Shown: one piece after another, positions 35,891 to 48,100 of the stretch
Numbering within the stretch: position 1 is the first letter of the stretch
Layout of the letters: each line of letters opens with the position of its first letter
Source: Zootoca vivipara
Taxonomy: Eukaryota
Direction: 5' to 3'
Assembly: GCF_963506605.1 (NCBI RefSeq)
Contig: NC_083290.1
Coordinates: forward strand, 682,001-746,000
Length of the DNA: 64,000 nucleotides
Position numbers and translations under genes: made by a program
Notes under the pieces: model-generated
What the model saw: only the letters and a program-made list of their open reading frames with translations
Told to the model about the DNA's origin: nothing
The model's database searches: none

Positions 35891-36737
35891 AGTCCACACA
35901 GCAGAGTTAATCTGTGGAACTCCCTCCCACTGGAAGCAGTGGTGGCCGCCAACTTGGATGCTTTTAAAAGAGGACTGGGCAAATTCAAGGAGGAGGGGAA
36001 GGTTATTGATGGCTACTGGCCTGGATGGTCTGCTCTGCTCAGGGTCCCTCCCAATGCTACCATTCTATGCTCTGTTGACCATTGTCCCAAGGGAGCCGAC
36101 AGCCCTGTCCCCCCTTGCAGTGTGAACTGCCCACACCTGGTGGGGGTCTCATCTGGCATCAGCAAGGGAATTGAGTGAAGGGATTTACGCACCACCCTGA
36201 TTCTTTAATCGGCAGGTGCCAAAGCCGGCTTCCCTCGCCCTCCCCGCCTCAGGCCTGGAATCCACTTAAGGGCTCTGCCTGCAAATCCTGTCTCCTGACA
36301 CTTATCCTCTGTTCTAACCCTGCCTCTGCCCCCCCCCCCAATACCTCCCACCTGGCGGCTTTGCTGTTGCTGCAGAGAGAATTGGTGAGTAACTCCCCGC
36401 CCCTCCATAAAAAAAGACTCCGACTTGGGAAGGGGCGTTGGAAAATATTGAGTCAGACTGTTGATCTATTTAGCTCAGTAATGTCTGCACTGGCTGGCAG
36501 CAGTGTCTCTCCAGGGCTTCAGTCACTGAGTCTCTTTCCCAGCCCTGCATGGAAATGTCAGGGACTGAGCGTTCTGCATGCAGAGCAGGTGCTCTGCCGT
36601 ACAGTGGTGCAAAGTAGGATTCTAGTCCTCATGTGTCGGAATAAAGGGTTGAAACTGGAACACGGGAAGCGGCATTGTCGGTGTCGCCTGCCACTGACTG
36701 GCAGCAATGGATTGCCAGGGTTTCAGGTGGAGAATCT

Positions 36738-36979
36738 TCTGGTGGTTCCCTTGTTGCGAGAAGCCAAGTTGCAGGGAACCAGGCAGAGGGCCTTCTCGGT
36801 GGTGGTGCCTGCCCTGTGGAACGCCCTCCCAACAGATGTCAAAGAGGAAAACAACTACTGTTTTAATGTTTAATAGATTACTGTGTTTTATTTTTCTGTT
36901 GGAAGCTGCCCAGAGTGGCTGGGGAAACCCAGCCAGATGGGTGGGGTATAAATAAAAAATTATTATTATTATTATTATT
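36738..36979 (+). mobile_element. L2 LINE 3' end
   Basis: Encodes [15 protein letters not shown]; (TTA)n tail. Confidence 0.85.
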
Positions 36980-37428
36980 GAACCTGGGGTCTTCTGTCCC
37001 TGAGCCACAGTCCTTTCCAAAGCACAGCCCCCAAACTCCCCCCCCCCCATGACAACAAAGGACTATCCTGCTCAGAGAGGCGGAGGGGCAGGGGCGGGAA
37101 TCTGAATCTCTTGCTTCAGAAACCCAGAGGGGCAGCCCTCAGAGACTTCCCTACAAAGCCCCCCCCCTCTGGCCGCAGCAGACCCCACCCACAACCGATG
37201 GCCAGAGGACAAACCTACCTGCTCAGGTGTGGCTTGGGGGACCTGCTGTGTCTCTGAGGTCAGGCTGCCGCCTTCCGGGTCTCCCACCTTCCCTCCTTGC
37301 CACCTCTGGGATCTCTTTCTGCGCAGACGGCAAGAGGATTAGCCCCCAAGCTGCCCAGCCAGGCAGGGAGATCTTGCATGGACAGAGAGCTGCCAGCCTT
37401 GTGCCAGATAAAAATAAGTTGTGTGTGT

Positions 37429-37429
<1 letters not shown>

Positions 37430-37478
<49 letters not shown>
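37430..37478 (+). repeat. (GA)n microsatellite
   Basis: About 24 perfect GA units. Confidence 0.95.
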
Positions 37479-37481
<3 letters not shown>

Positions 37482-37670
37482 AGGCTGCATTATACATCAT
37501 ATGCTGAAAGTGCATTATTTTCCCCTGGGAACTGTAGTTTCTGCTGGGAATTGCAGTGCTGTGAGGGGTGAATCCCAAGATTTTCTTGGGGGAAGTCTTT
37601 TTTTTTTTAAGTACATGTTGTGTACGCAGCCAGAGTCCTCAGAACAACAGGCCATTTTGTGTGGTTTGGC

Positions 37671-38141
37671 ACACAAAGGTCCGTATAGTTAAAGCTATGG
37701 TTTTCCCAGTAGTGATGTATGGAAGTGAGAGCTGGACCATAAGAAGGCTGATCGCCGAAGAATTGATGCTTTTGAATTATGGTGCTGGAGGAGACTCTTG
37801 AGAGTCCCATGGACTGCAAGAAGATCAAACCTATCCATTCTTAAGGAAATCAGCCCTGAGTGCTCCCTGGAAGGACAGATCGTGAAGCTGAGGCTCCAAT
37901 ACTTTGGCCACCTCATGAGAAGAGAAGAATCCTTGGAAAAGACCCTGATGTTGGGAAAGATGGAGGGCACAAGGAGAAGGGGACGACAGAGGACAAGATG
38001 GTTGGACAGTGTTCTCGAAGCTACGAACATGAGTTTGACCAAACTGCGGGAGGCAGTGGAAGACAGGAGTGCCTGGCGTGCTGTGGTCCATGGGGTCACG
38101 AAGAGTCGGACACGACTAAACGACTAAACAACAACAACAAC
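37671..38141 (+). mobile_element. RTE-BovB 3' fragment
   Basis: Encodes KLRLQYFGHLMRREESLEKTLMLGK; (CAA)n tail. Confidence 0.93.
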
Positions 38142-39185
38142 AGAATAAGGCTGGGAAAATAATACTCTTGACTGCAGATACCTGAAGAGTTGCTCAGATG
38201 GGGCAAACTTGCTTTCTGCTGCTCCAGAGAGTAGGATCCTAACCAAGGGCTTCAGATCACAAGAAAAGAGATTTCCACTCAAGCTTAGGAAGTACGTCCT
38301 GAGGGTAAAGGGGTCGTGGGCTCTCCTTCAATGGAGGTTTTTAAGCAGAGGCCAGGTGTCCACCTCTCGGGGATCCTTTAGCTGTGATTCCTGCCTTGCG
38401 GGGGGTTGGACTAAATGACCCTTGGGGGTCCCTTCCAGCCCTACAATTTCACGATTCTGTGATCCTGTCCTCTGGTGGGGCGGGCAAAGCCCCCCCCCGA
38501 ACCCACGATTTGCTGCCGAGGAGCGCATGCTCGCTGAGGCTGATGGGAGTTGTAGGACTGAGTTGAGGAACCACAAGTCAAACTCCCGTCCAATCGCCGC
38601 TCCCCACCAACCTCCCAAACTCTCCCTCCCCCCTCCCCCTCCCCAACCCCACACCTGAATTCCTCAGGTGCAATATCATGATGTACCTAAAGAAGCCGAG
38701 GACACGACCAAGCATCCCTTCTCTTTGTCTCACCAGGAGGAGAGGCGAGAGGGAAGGAGGGAGGGAGGGAGGAAGATGCGGTTGCCACGGCGACAGGCCC
38801 TCCTTTTAGGGGGAGGTGACTTCATTCCCGCGGCGGGGAAGGCGAGGCATCATCGGAGGGGGTGGGCTTGGCAGCAGCCTCTCTGCCGGCAAAGAGCTCT
38901 GCATCGCGCATCAGGAGGAGGAACAGCTCAGCTGCCAGGCAAGTGGTACCCAAGATCGCGCCCGACTCCTTCCTTCCTCCAGCCCTGCATCCTCGGCTCT
39001 CCATCTCTCTCCATCACTTCTTCTGCCCCGCCCAGACTCACCTTGGCTGCGCCTCGCTGTGCCAGCCTCCTGCCAGCCGGACCCCAGGCTCCCAAGCCCG
39101 CCCTGGGCACATCCCCAGATCCGGAGATGCAGCTTTAAGGTGCCTCCCCCTTCCCTGACGCCCCCCCACTCACCCCCCCACCCCG

Positions 39186-42100
39186 ATGGTGCTCCCTCTT
39201 CTCGTCTCTGCCTATAGACTGTGCCGCTTAGCCATGTCTGACTCGGAGGCGCTGACGGTCGACTGGTGGGGAGACAGCCCCGGGGCGTCCCAGGAGAGCT
39301 CGCCGGGGGCCAGCCCGGCCATCCAAGCGGCCCTCAACAGGATCCTGCCCGACCTGCACCAGGCCATCTCGGCCACCAAGCAAGCGGCCGGCCCCGAGGA
39401 CCTCCAAAGCGGCTTGGCCGAGATCCTGGCCCTGGTGGAGGAGGCCTGGCTGATGCCCACCGTGGGCAGGGAGGTCGCCAAGGGCCTGTGCAACGCCATT
39501 CGCCTGGAGGGGGGCCTGGACTTGCTGCTGTCCTTGCTCCAGACGGCCGACCACGAGACCAAGTGCCAGGCGGGCAAACTCCTGGAGCAGATCCTGGTGG
39601 CGGAGAACAGGTGAGCCAGGCAGGGGGACCGGCGGGGAGGGGAGGACCGGCCGAGGCGTCTGCAGGAGGCCAGGGGTGGCGACCTTTCCTTCCAGCTCAA
39701 GGGCCACATTCCCTTCATTGCAAGCTTCCAGGAGCCGCATGCCAAGGTGGGAGGGTCCAGAGGCAAAAGGAGGCCAAGCAATGAATGCAGGGGTGTTTTT
39801 TGGGGGGGGGGGCACAATGTGCTAGTGATTCCTTAGGTGTGATTCTTGCGTTGCAGAGGGATGGACTTAGATAATGCTTAGGGGGGAGGCACATTCCCTA
39901 CCAGAGAAGAATGGCGGATTAAGCTGATGCAGAAATGGCAAAACTGACCAGAAGAACTAGGAATCAGGAAGACCAAAATTCCAATAAGGAATGGGGGAAA
40001 TACATCATTTATTTTTTAAAAAAAAACCATTGTCAACAATTAAAATTATTAGTGGGACTGGAATGGTGCTTGTAGTCAAAAGTTGGACTGTGGTTTTATT
40101 GAAGATTTAATAGAAGTGGAGTAACAGAGAAGATGCAGGAGAAAAAGTTAACATAAGGACCCACAAAAGGGAGGAGGGAAGTCAAAGGGACTTTGTTATT
40201 TGTTTGCTTTATGATTGCTTATAAACCTGAATGTATATGTATATATGAGAGAGATGATGCTTAGGGGTCCCTTCCAACCGTACAGTTATATTATTCTGCT
40301 TCATTGGAGGCTGATAAGCAGAAGTTGGACGGCTGTTTGTAAGAGATTATTTAGCTACGATCCCTGCGCTGCAGGGGTGAGGTTAGATGACCTCTGGGGG
40401 TCCCTCCCAGCTCTACCTTTCTATGATTCTATGAGACAGGAAAGGGGAATGGGCATGTTTCCTGCCAGCAAAGAAACTCGAGGGTGTGAAGCAAGGGCCA
40501 GACAGGTGTGTGGACTAGGGGGAGGGGGTGTGGTTTTGGATGGAGGGGGCCGCATTTGGCCCCTGGACCTCCGGTTCCCTGTCCTCGGCAATGGGGCAAT
40601 ACCGTGTTTCTCCTAAAATAAGCCATACCCCGAAAATAAGCCATAGTGATGATAGGCAGTTTAACCTTGTAGGTTAAACTGTACCATACTTAATAATAAT
40701 AATATAAAAAGACATCCCCTGAAAATAAGCCACCGTGTTTTTTTGTTTTTTTGTTTTTTGAGGAAAAATAAATATAAGACGGTGTCTTATTTTTGGAGAA
40801 ACACGGTATTTGTGTAGGGATGAAGTGACACGCTCACAAAAATTCCTCCTTCCTATACTCCCTTTCCGACAGCCTTTCTTTCCCAAAGGGATTTCCCCAC
40901 CCGCTTTTAAAAGGTTTGCTTTTCGAGTGTGCAGGAACCCCCAAAAGGAGCCCCCCCCCGTGGGTTCTCTGCATGAGTCCCTGTTCTGGGCATGCCCTTG
41001 CCTGAAGGTGCGTGATCGCTGTGTCCCTGCCTCCAGAGAGATCCCCCCCCCCACTCACACCTCTCAATAGCAGAGGTACAGCAGAGGCAGGCTGAGAAGG
41101 AAGCGAGGCAGGGCAGGTTTTCGTGCAGAGACACAACAGTGGTTTTATACTGGGGGCTCCCAGGGCCTTCCCGCTCCTGTGACACCACAAATGAAGGCTT
41201 GCAAATGGTGCGCTTAGGCAATGCATAGTTAAACTGTGGGACTCGGGAGGACTGGACAAATCCATAGAGAAGGAGAGGACGATCCTGCTTGGCAGGGGGT
41301 TGGACTGGATGACCCTTGTGGTCTCTTCCAACTCTATGATTCTATGATCCGTGGCTACCAGCCACAATCGCTCAGCTCTGCCTCCAGTCCCTGGCAGCAG
41401 TCCTTCTGAATCCCAGTAGCTGAAAACTGCAGGATGGGAGAAAGGGCTCTTGTGCTCGGATCCTGCCTCCCGGTTCCCCTTTTCGCAATCTGTTTGGCCA
41501 CTGTGAGAACAGGATGCTGGACTCGATGGGCCATTGGCAGGCTCTTTCTTAGGGAACCTACCCTCAATGGTCTTTCAGGAGTGGCAACATGTAACGTGGG
41601 CACATTCAATGCTTTGCTTTCTTTGAAATGGGCCAAGCCAGGCCTGTTGCAAATCCTGCTCACGTTGCTGAGTGGGACCCCGGATTTTGACCCTCCCCCC
41701 AAGTCCTGGCCTGACTGGGCTGCTGACTCCTGCCCCCCCCCCCAATTCTGGAGTCATATCAGCAGCAATATCTGCCCTGAGTCATGCCAGGATGACAAAC
41801 TATTCGTTGTTGATATTCAGTCAACTGTTGTTGTTTAGTCGTTTAGTCGTGTCCGACTCTTCGTGACCCCATGGACCATAGCACGCCAGGCACTCCTGTC
41901 TTGCACTGCCTCCCGCAGTTTGGTCAAACTCATGTTCGTAGCTTCGAGAACACTGATTCAGTCAACTAGCTAGGAGAAAAAGCCATCATAGCTCTGGGGC
42001 AGAGCAGCGCAGGTGTCTCTAGATAGGGCTAGAGAATAAGACCCCCTTGCCTGGACTCCTGGGGAGCCGCTGCTGCCAGTCTGTGTAGGCAGTACTGAGC

Positions 42101-45100
42101 TAGGTGGACTACTGGTCTGCAACTGTATATGGAGGCTTTGTACGTTCCTATTTAAAGCAGCGTTTATTTAAATTCGGAACCATGAGGACTAGCATCTTGC
42201 TTTATTCTTAGGGAGAAGAAGCTGCTTTGGTAGAACAGACCTTTGCAGCCAGAAGGTCCCATGTTCAACCCTGCAGGGCAGTCTGGGGATTAAATGAGAA
42301 TTAGGACCCTGGAGAGACCCAGGTTCAAATCCCTACTCGGCCACCATGAAGCTCACTGGGTTTGACCTTGAAACCCAGTTGCTACCTCTCAGCCTAAGCT
42401 CAATCACAGGGATGTTGTGGGGATTAAATGAGGACTACCACCTGGGAGATCCGGGTTCAAATCCCCACTTGGCTACGATGCTCAGTATCAATGAAATAAA
42501 AACCAAAGTTTGCCAGGATCTGCTTGAGAACAGAACAACCTCGGAACCTGCCCTGGGGCACAATGTCCTTTCTGGAGCCCCACAGGAAGGGCCGAGGCAG
42601 CTCTCCCCTCTGCCAGGTGGGCTTTTAAGGGCCCTAATTGGGAAAATGCATTAGCCGAGACCCAGAACGACTTTGGATCCATCGGAGGAGCTTCCTGGCA
42701 GGAGGGAGCGGCTCTTGGCCTTTGCATCTCTCCGGATAAACCACACACCTCTCCCCTTCCTACCGCCAGCCTGCCTCGCCAGGGTGGGGATCCAAGGCGG
42801 GGGGGGGGGGGTAAGTGGAACCCGCCTTGTTCTGTTCCATGTGGCCAGGACATGCTGTGCTGCTGCTGCTGCGTGCTGATTGCTCGTCACCACTCTGGAG
42901 GATGAATCCGGCTGGCAGCTGTGCCAAGATGAGGTGGTCTCCGGAGGCAGAGGGGCCCCGATGGGAGCAGGGCAGAGAAGGAGGGAGCTGGAAGCCACAG
43001 GAGGGGAGAGTTGCTCTTGTGCCCAAGCCCTGCTTGCGGGCATCCCATAATAGGCATCTGGTCGGGCACTGTGTGAGAGAACAGGGTGATGGACTAGATG
43101 GGCCACTGGCCTGACCCAGCAGGCTCTTCTCATGTGTGTTTAGCCTGGAGAAGAGAAGGCCGAGAGGTGAGACAAGATCCATCTTCAGATATCTCAAGGG
43201 TTGTCATGTGGAAGAGGGAACAAGCTTGTTTTCTGTGGCTCCAGGACCTGAATCAATGGCTTCAAGTTACCAAAAAAAAGGAGATTCCAGCTAAAGATTA
43301 GGAAGAACTTTCTGAGTGTCAAAGCTGCTGGACAGTGGAACAGACTCCCTTGGAAGGTGGACGGCTCCGCTTCCTTGGAGATTTTAAAACAGATGCTGTC
43401 TATCCTCTGCTTAAAAAAACTGAAATGAGGGAGAGACCCCACCTCCCGAGGAAGGGCAAAAGGCAGGCGTCTTTCTAAGGTTTATTTGGGATTTTCTTCT
43501 TTGACACTTGAATCCCTTGGTTCTCTGGAGCAGCACAGAACAAGCTTGCTGGATCTTCCACGGCGCAGCGATTCAGGCACCTGAAGATGCAGAATTCAGC
43601 AGGGCCAAGAACATATGAAGAAGAGCCTGCTGGAACAGGCCAATGGCCTACCTAGTCCAGCCTCCTGCTCTCACACTTGCCTCTGGGAAGCTGAGCACAA
43701 GAACCATAGAATCCTAGAGTTGGAAGAGACCACAAGGGCCATCCAGTCCAACCCCCTGCCAAGCAGGAAACACCATCAAAGCATTCTTGACATATGCCTG
43801 TCAAGCCTCTGCTTAAAGACCTCCAAAGAAGGAGACTCCACCACACTCCTTGGCAGCAAATTCCACTGCCAAACAGCTCTTACTGTCAGGAAGTTCTTTC
43901 TAATGTTTAGGTGGAATCTTCTTTCTTGTACAGTGGTACCTTGGTTTATGAACACAATTGGTTCCGGAAGTCTGTTCATAAACTGAAGCGTTCATAAACT
44001 GAAGCGAACTTTCCCATTGAAAGTAATGGAAAGTGGATTAATCCGTTCCAGACGGGTCCGCAGAGTACTCAACCTGAAGCGTACTTAACCCGAAGCATGG
44101 GTGCAATTGGTTCCGGAAGTCTGTTCATAAACTGAAGCATTCATAAACTGAAGCGAACTTTCCCATTGAAAGTAATGGAAAGTGAATTAATCCGTTCCAG
44201 GTGGGTCCGTTGTGTTCGTAAACTGAAAATTCATAAACCGAGGTTCCACTGTAGTTTGCATCCATTGCTCCGTGTCCGCTTCTCTGGAGCAGCGGAAAAC
44301 AACCTTTCTCCCTCCTCTATATGACATCCTTTGATATATTTGAACATGCTATCATATCACCCCTTAACCTTCTCTCCTCCAGACTAAACATACCCAGCTC
44401 CCTAAGCCGTTCCCTAAGAGCACTTCTGCTTAAGATTAAGAGTCAAGCGATAAAAGGAGGATGACGAAACTGGGATGAGTTGGATCGGACACCACCTCCT
44501 GTTGGGCTGCCTGTGCCCCAACAGCCCCCCCATTGCCACCCCAGGCCCCATTGCCATCTTTCGGAGATCCAGTAGCGCTCTGGATTCCCTGTATTGAACG
44601 GGGACCACGTGACCTCTAAGTCCCTCTCTAGCTCTTACAGTTCTGTATAATTTATCTGGAGGCTGCAGACCATGCTCTCCATTTCCTTGAGATAGGCGGC
44701 CCATCTGGCAGGGCCAGGTAGGTCCTGAGCGCAGGATCCAGCCTCCTCCAGAGATGGCATGATGGGAACCCTGCCAGGGCCGGCAGTCACTCACAGAGAG
44801 AGCACAAGTTTTCCCAGAATGGGGCGCTTCGCTCACTTCCTGGAACAAGCCAGCCTGGCAGAATCTGATGGGTGTGTGTTGGGGGGGGGGGTGCTGTTAA
44901 GCCTTGCAAATGCAAAAGCCCTCCTTCCCCCTCTGTTGGGGGGGACACTCCCTGGCCCGCCCCAGCTATGGGTCCAAGCCCCGGCTGAAGCAAAGTCCCT
45001 CCTTCCTTCCTCCACCCCCATAGACACCTTCTCCTGCATGGCAGCCACACACACACACACAGTTAACATAGAATATTCTGCACAGGTCCGGTGCTAGGGC

Positions 45101-48100
45101 TTTTTGCGCCCTAGGCAAAATCACCTTCTGGCGCCCCCCGGCACATGTGTCATGCCCCATGCACAACACTGCTGGCACCCCTGCCATAGGCGGGAGGAGC
45201 GCAAGCCAAAAGGAGAGCTCAGCGCCCTCCCGCCTGTGGAGGGGGCGCTGTGAGCTCCTCAGCGGCTGCAGTGAGCGAGCAGCGGCAGCAGCGCCCATAG
45301 CTGAAGGCTTCAGCTACGGGCGCTGCTGTCGCCACCGCCCGCTCACTCGCTGCAGCCGCTGAGGAGCTCACACCGTCCCCTCCATAGGCGGGAGGAGCGC
45401 GAGTGTGCGCCGTGGGAGGGCGGCGGTGGTGCGGGGGTTTTGCGGGGCAGGCTGGCCAGCGCCCCCTCCATTTACGCGCCCTAGGCAACTGCCTAGTTCT
45501 CCTAAATGGATGCACCGGCCCTGATTCTGCAGAGTCAGTGGTATCAGCCCTGGAGTCCAACCTGCATTGCAGAGGGTTGGAATAGATGCCCCTTGCGACC
45601 CTCTCCAGCTCTGCACTTCCACGATTCTGTGCTACCTGCCTTAACAAGGAAGGTACCTCTGAGTACTTTTTGAGTGCATAAGGACCTTCTGCATTTTCCA
45701 GCAACTGGTATTCAGAAGCATTGCTGCCTCTGACTGTGAAGGCAGAGGACGGCTGGGAGCCACCGATACCTCTCTCCTCCTTCCTGGATTTGTCTAATCC
45801 TCCTTTAAAGCCATCTTAGTTGGTGGCCATCCCTGCCTCCTGTGGGAGGGAGTTCCGCTGTTTAACTCTGGGCCATGTGATGAAGGGCCTTCTTTCCACG
45901 GCATCCCCGCCCCCCCAGGCTGCTTTCCTGATCCCGTTCTGCCTCCCCGCTCTCTGCCCCCAGGGACCGCGTGGCTCGCATCGGCCTGGGCGTGATCCTG
46001 AACCTGTCCAAGGACCGTGAGAGCCTCCCTCTGGCGCGCAGCACCTCGGGGATCCTGGAGCACATGCTCAAGCACTCCGAGGACACCTGCTCACAGCTGA
46101 TCTCCGACGGCGGCCTGGACGCGCTCCTCTACTGGTGCCGCTGGAGTGACCCCGTGGTCCTGCACCACTGCGCCGCCGCCCTGGCCAACGCGGCCATGCA
46201 TGGCGGGCCGGCCAACCAGCGGCTGATGGTGGAGAAGAAGGCGGCCGAGTGGCTCTTCCCGCTGGCCTTCTCCAAGGACGGCTGCCTGGTGCAGTTCCAC
46301 GCCTGCCTGGCTGTGGCCGTCCTGGCCACCAACAAGGAGGTGGAGAAGGAGGTGGAGCACTCGGGGACCCTGGCGCTGGTGGAGCCCTTCGTGGCCACGC
46401 TGGACCCGGGGCATTTTGCCCACACCTTGCTGGGCAGCAGCGACAACAGCCAGGGCAGGACGGCCGAGGACCTGCAGCGCTTGGTGCCCCTCCTGGACAG
46501 CTCCCGCCCAGAGGCCCAGTGCCTGGCTGCCTTCTACCTGTGCGCAGAGGCCGCCATTAAGGCCCAGCAGAAGAAGATGCAGGTAGCTTGTTTGCATGCA
46601 GAGCCATGAGGACTAGCATCTTACTTCCTCTGCTAGTTCAGCGGCAGAGCCCCTGCTTTGCATGCATGCAGAAGGTCCTGGAAGGATCCAATCCATGACT
46701 AGAATCTGGGACAGACCAGGGTTCAAATCCCCATTCCACCATGAAGCTCATTGGCAAGCTGGTTGCTCCCTCTCGGGCTAAGCTACCTTGCAGGGTTGTT
46801 GTGAGGGCCAAATGGGGAGGAAGAGGAACTTATGTGGGCCACCAACGCACAAACTGAATGAATGCTTGGCTTTGCTCAGATTTTCACAGAGATCGGGGCC
46901 ATCCAGAGCTTGAAGAGGATTGTCTGCTACTCCCCGGACGGCACCACCTCCTCGCTTGCCAAGAGGGCGCTCCGCACGATGGGCGAGGAGGTGCCCCGGC
47001 GCCTGCTGCCCGCTGTGCCCAACTGGAAGCCCCTGGAGGTTCAGAAGTGGCTGCAGCAGATCGGCTTTGTCAAATACTGCCCCAATTTCCTGGTAGGGCT
47101 TGCAATGGGGCGGTTGTTGTGTGGGGAATGGGGGTCGGGGCTCCTGGAGAGAGGAGAGAGCCCCTGAGGAGACTGCATGTGTCTGTGGGGTTCACAGTTC
47201 AGTCCCCACACAGGCCTCCCCCAAAAGCTGCCTCCCTAGCCCACCCCTGGCTCTTGCAGACCCCTCCTAAGAACATAGAGCTTACACTCACCTTTTCTAC
47301 CAAACACCACAACCGTTTTCCATAGTGGAGTCCCTCCATGGATCATGTTGGTTTCTCTCCCCTTGCTCACACCTTTGGACGTGAAACTTACCCCACCCTT
47401 CCTCTCCCCCCAGGAGCACCAGGTGGATGGCGACCTGCTTCTGAGGATGACGGAGGAGGATTTGCGAGTGGACCTCAAGATGACCTCCAGCATCACACGC
47501 AAGCGGTAAGGATCTCTCGGCATCCGAGGAGGAGGAGCTCCTGCGCCGAGAAGCGGGGTTGAGCTGGATGATCTCTGAGGGTCCCCTCCAGATCAAAAAC
47601 AGCAGCTGTGCTATTGCTCACCAAGTACAGCAGGGCTATCAATCTGCTCCTGTTTGCCATAAAACTCCAACATTTTTTTTAAAGCACATGCCACATTTGC
47701 AGGAAATTCAGCTATGCAAAAGGGTTTCGAGCACCTGGAGGGCTGGCCAGTTCCCCCTCCACGCTGAACAACACCCCCCAAAAAAGCAGCGTGCCTCTGC
47801 TCCAACCTGGCAGGAGGTGTCCCCCCCCTGCAGCCCTACTGAGCCGCCCCCCTCCTTCCCCCAGGTTTTTCCGGGAGCTGACAGAGCTCAAGACCTACGC
47901 CAGCTACTCCACCTGCGACCGCAGCAACCTGGCCGACTGGCTGGGCTCCGTGGACCCCAAATTCCGCCAGTACACTTACAACCTGGTCACCAGTGGCATT
48001 GACCGCAACTTCCTCCACCGGGTGACGGAGCAGCAGCTGGAGGAGGACTGCCAGGTCCACACGGGATTCCACCGTGTCCGCATCCTCTCGGCGGCCCGAG

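Noticed and set aside
43955-44235. Repeated TTCATAAACTGAAG units resembling a CRISPR-like array
   Set aside because: These are internal subterminal repeats of a TA-flanked MITE in a vertebrate genome. Spacing is irregular and there are no cas genes.
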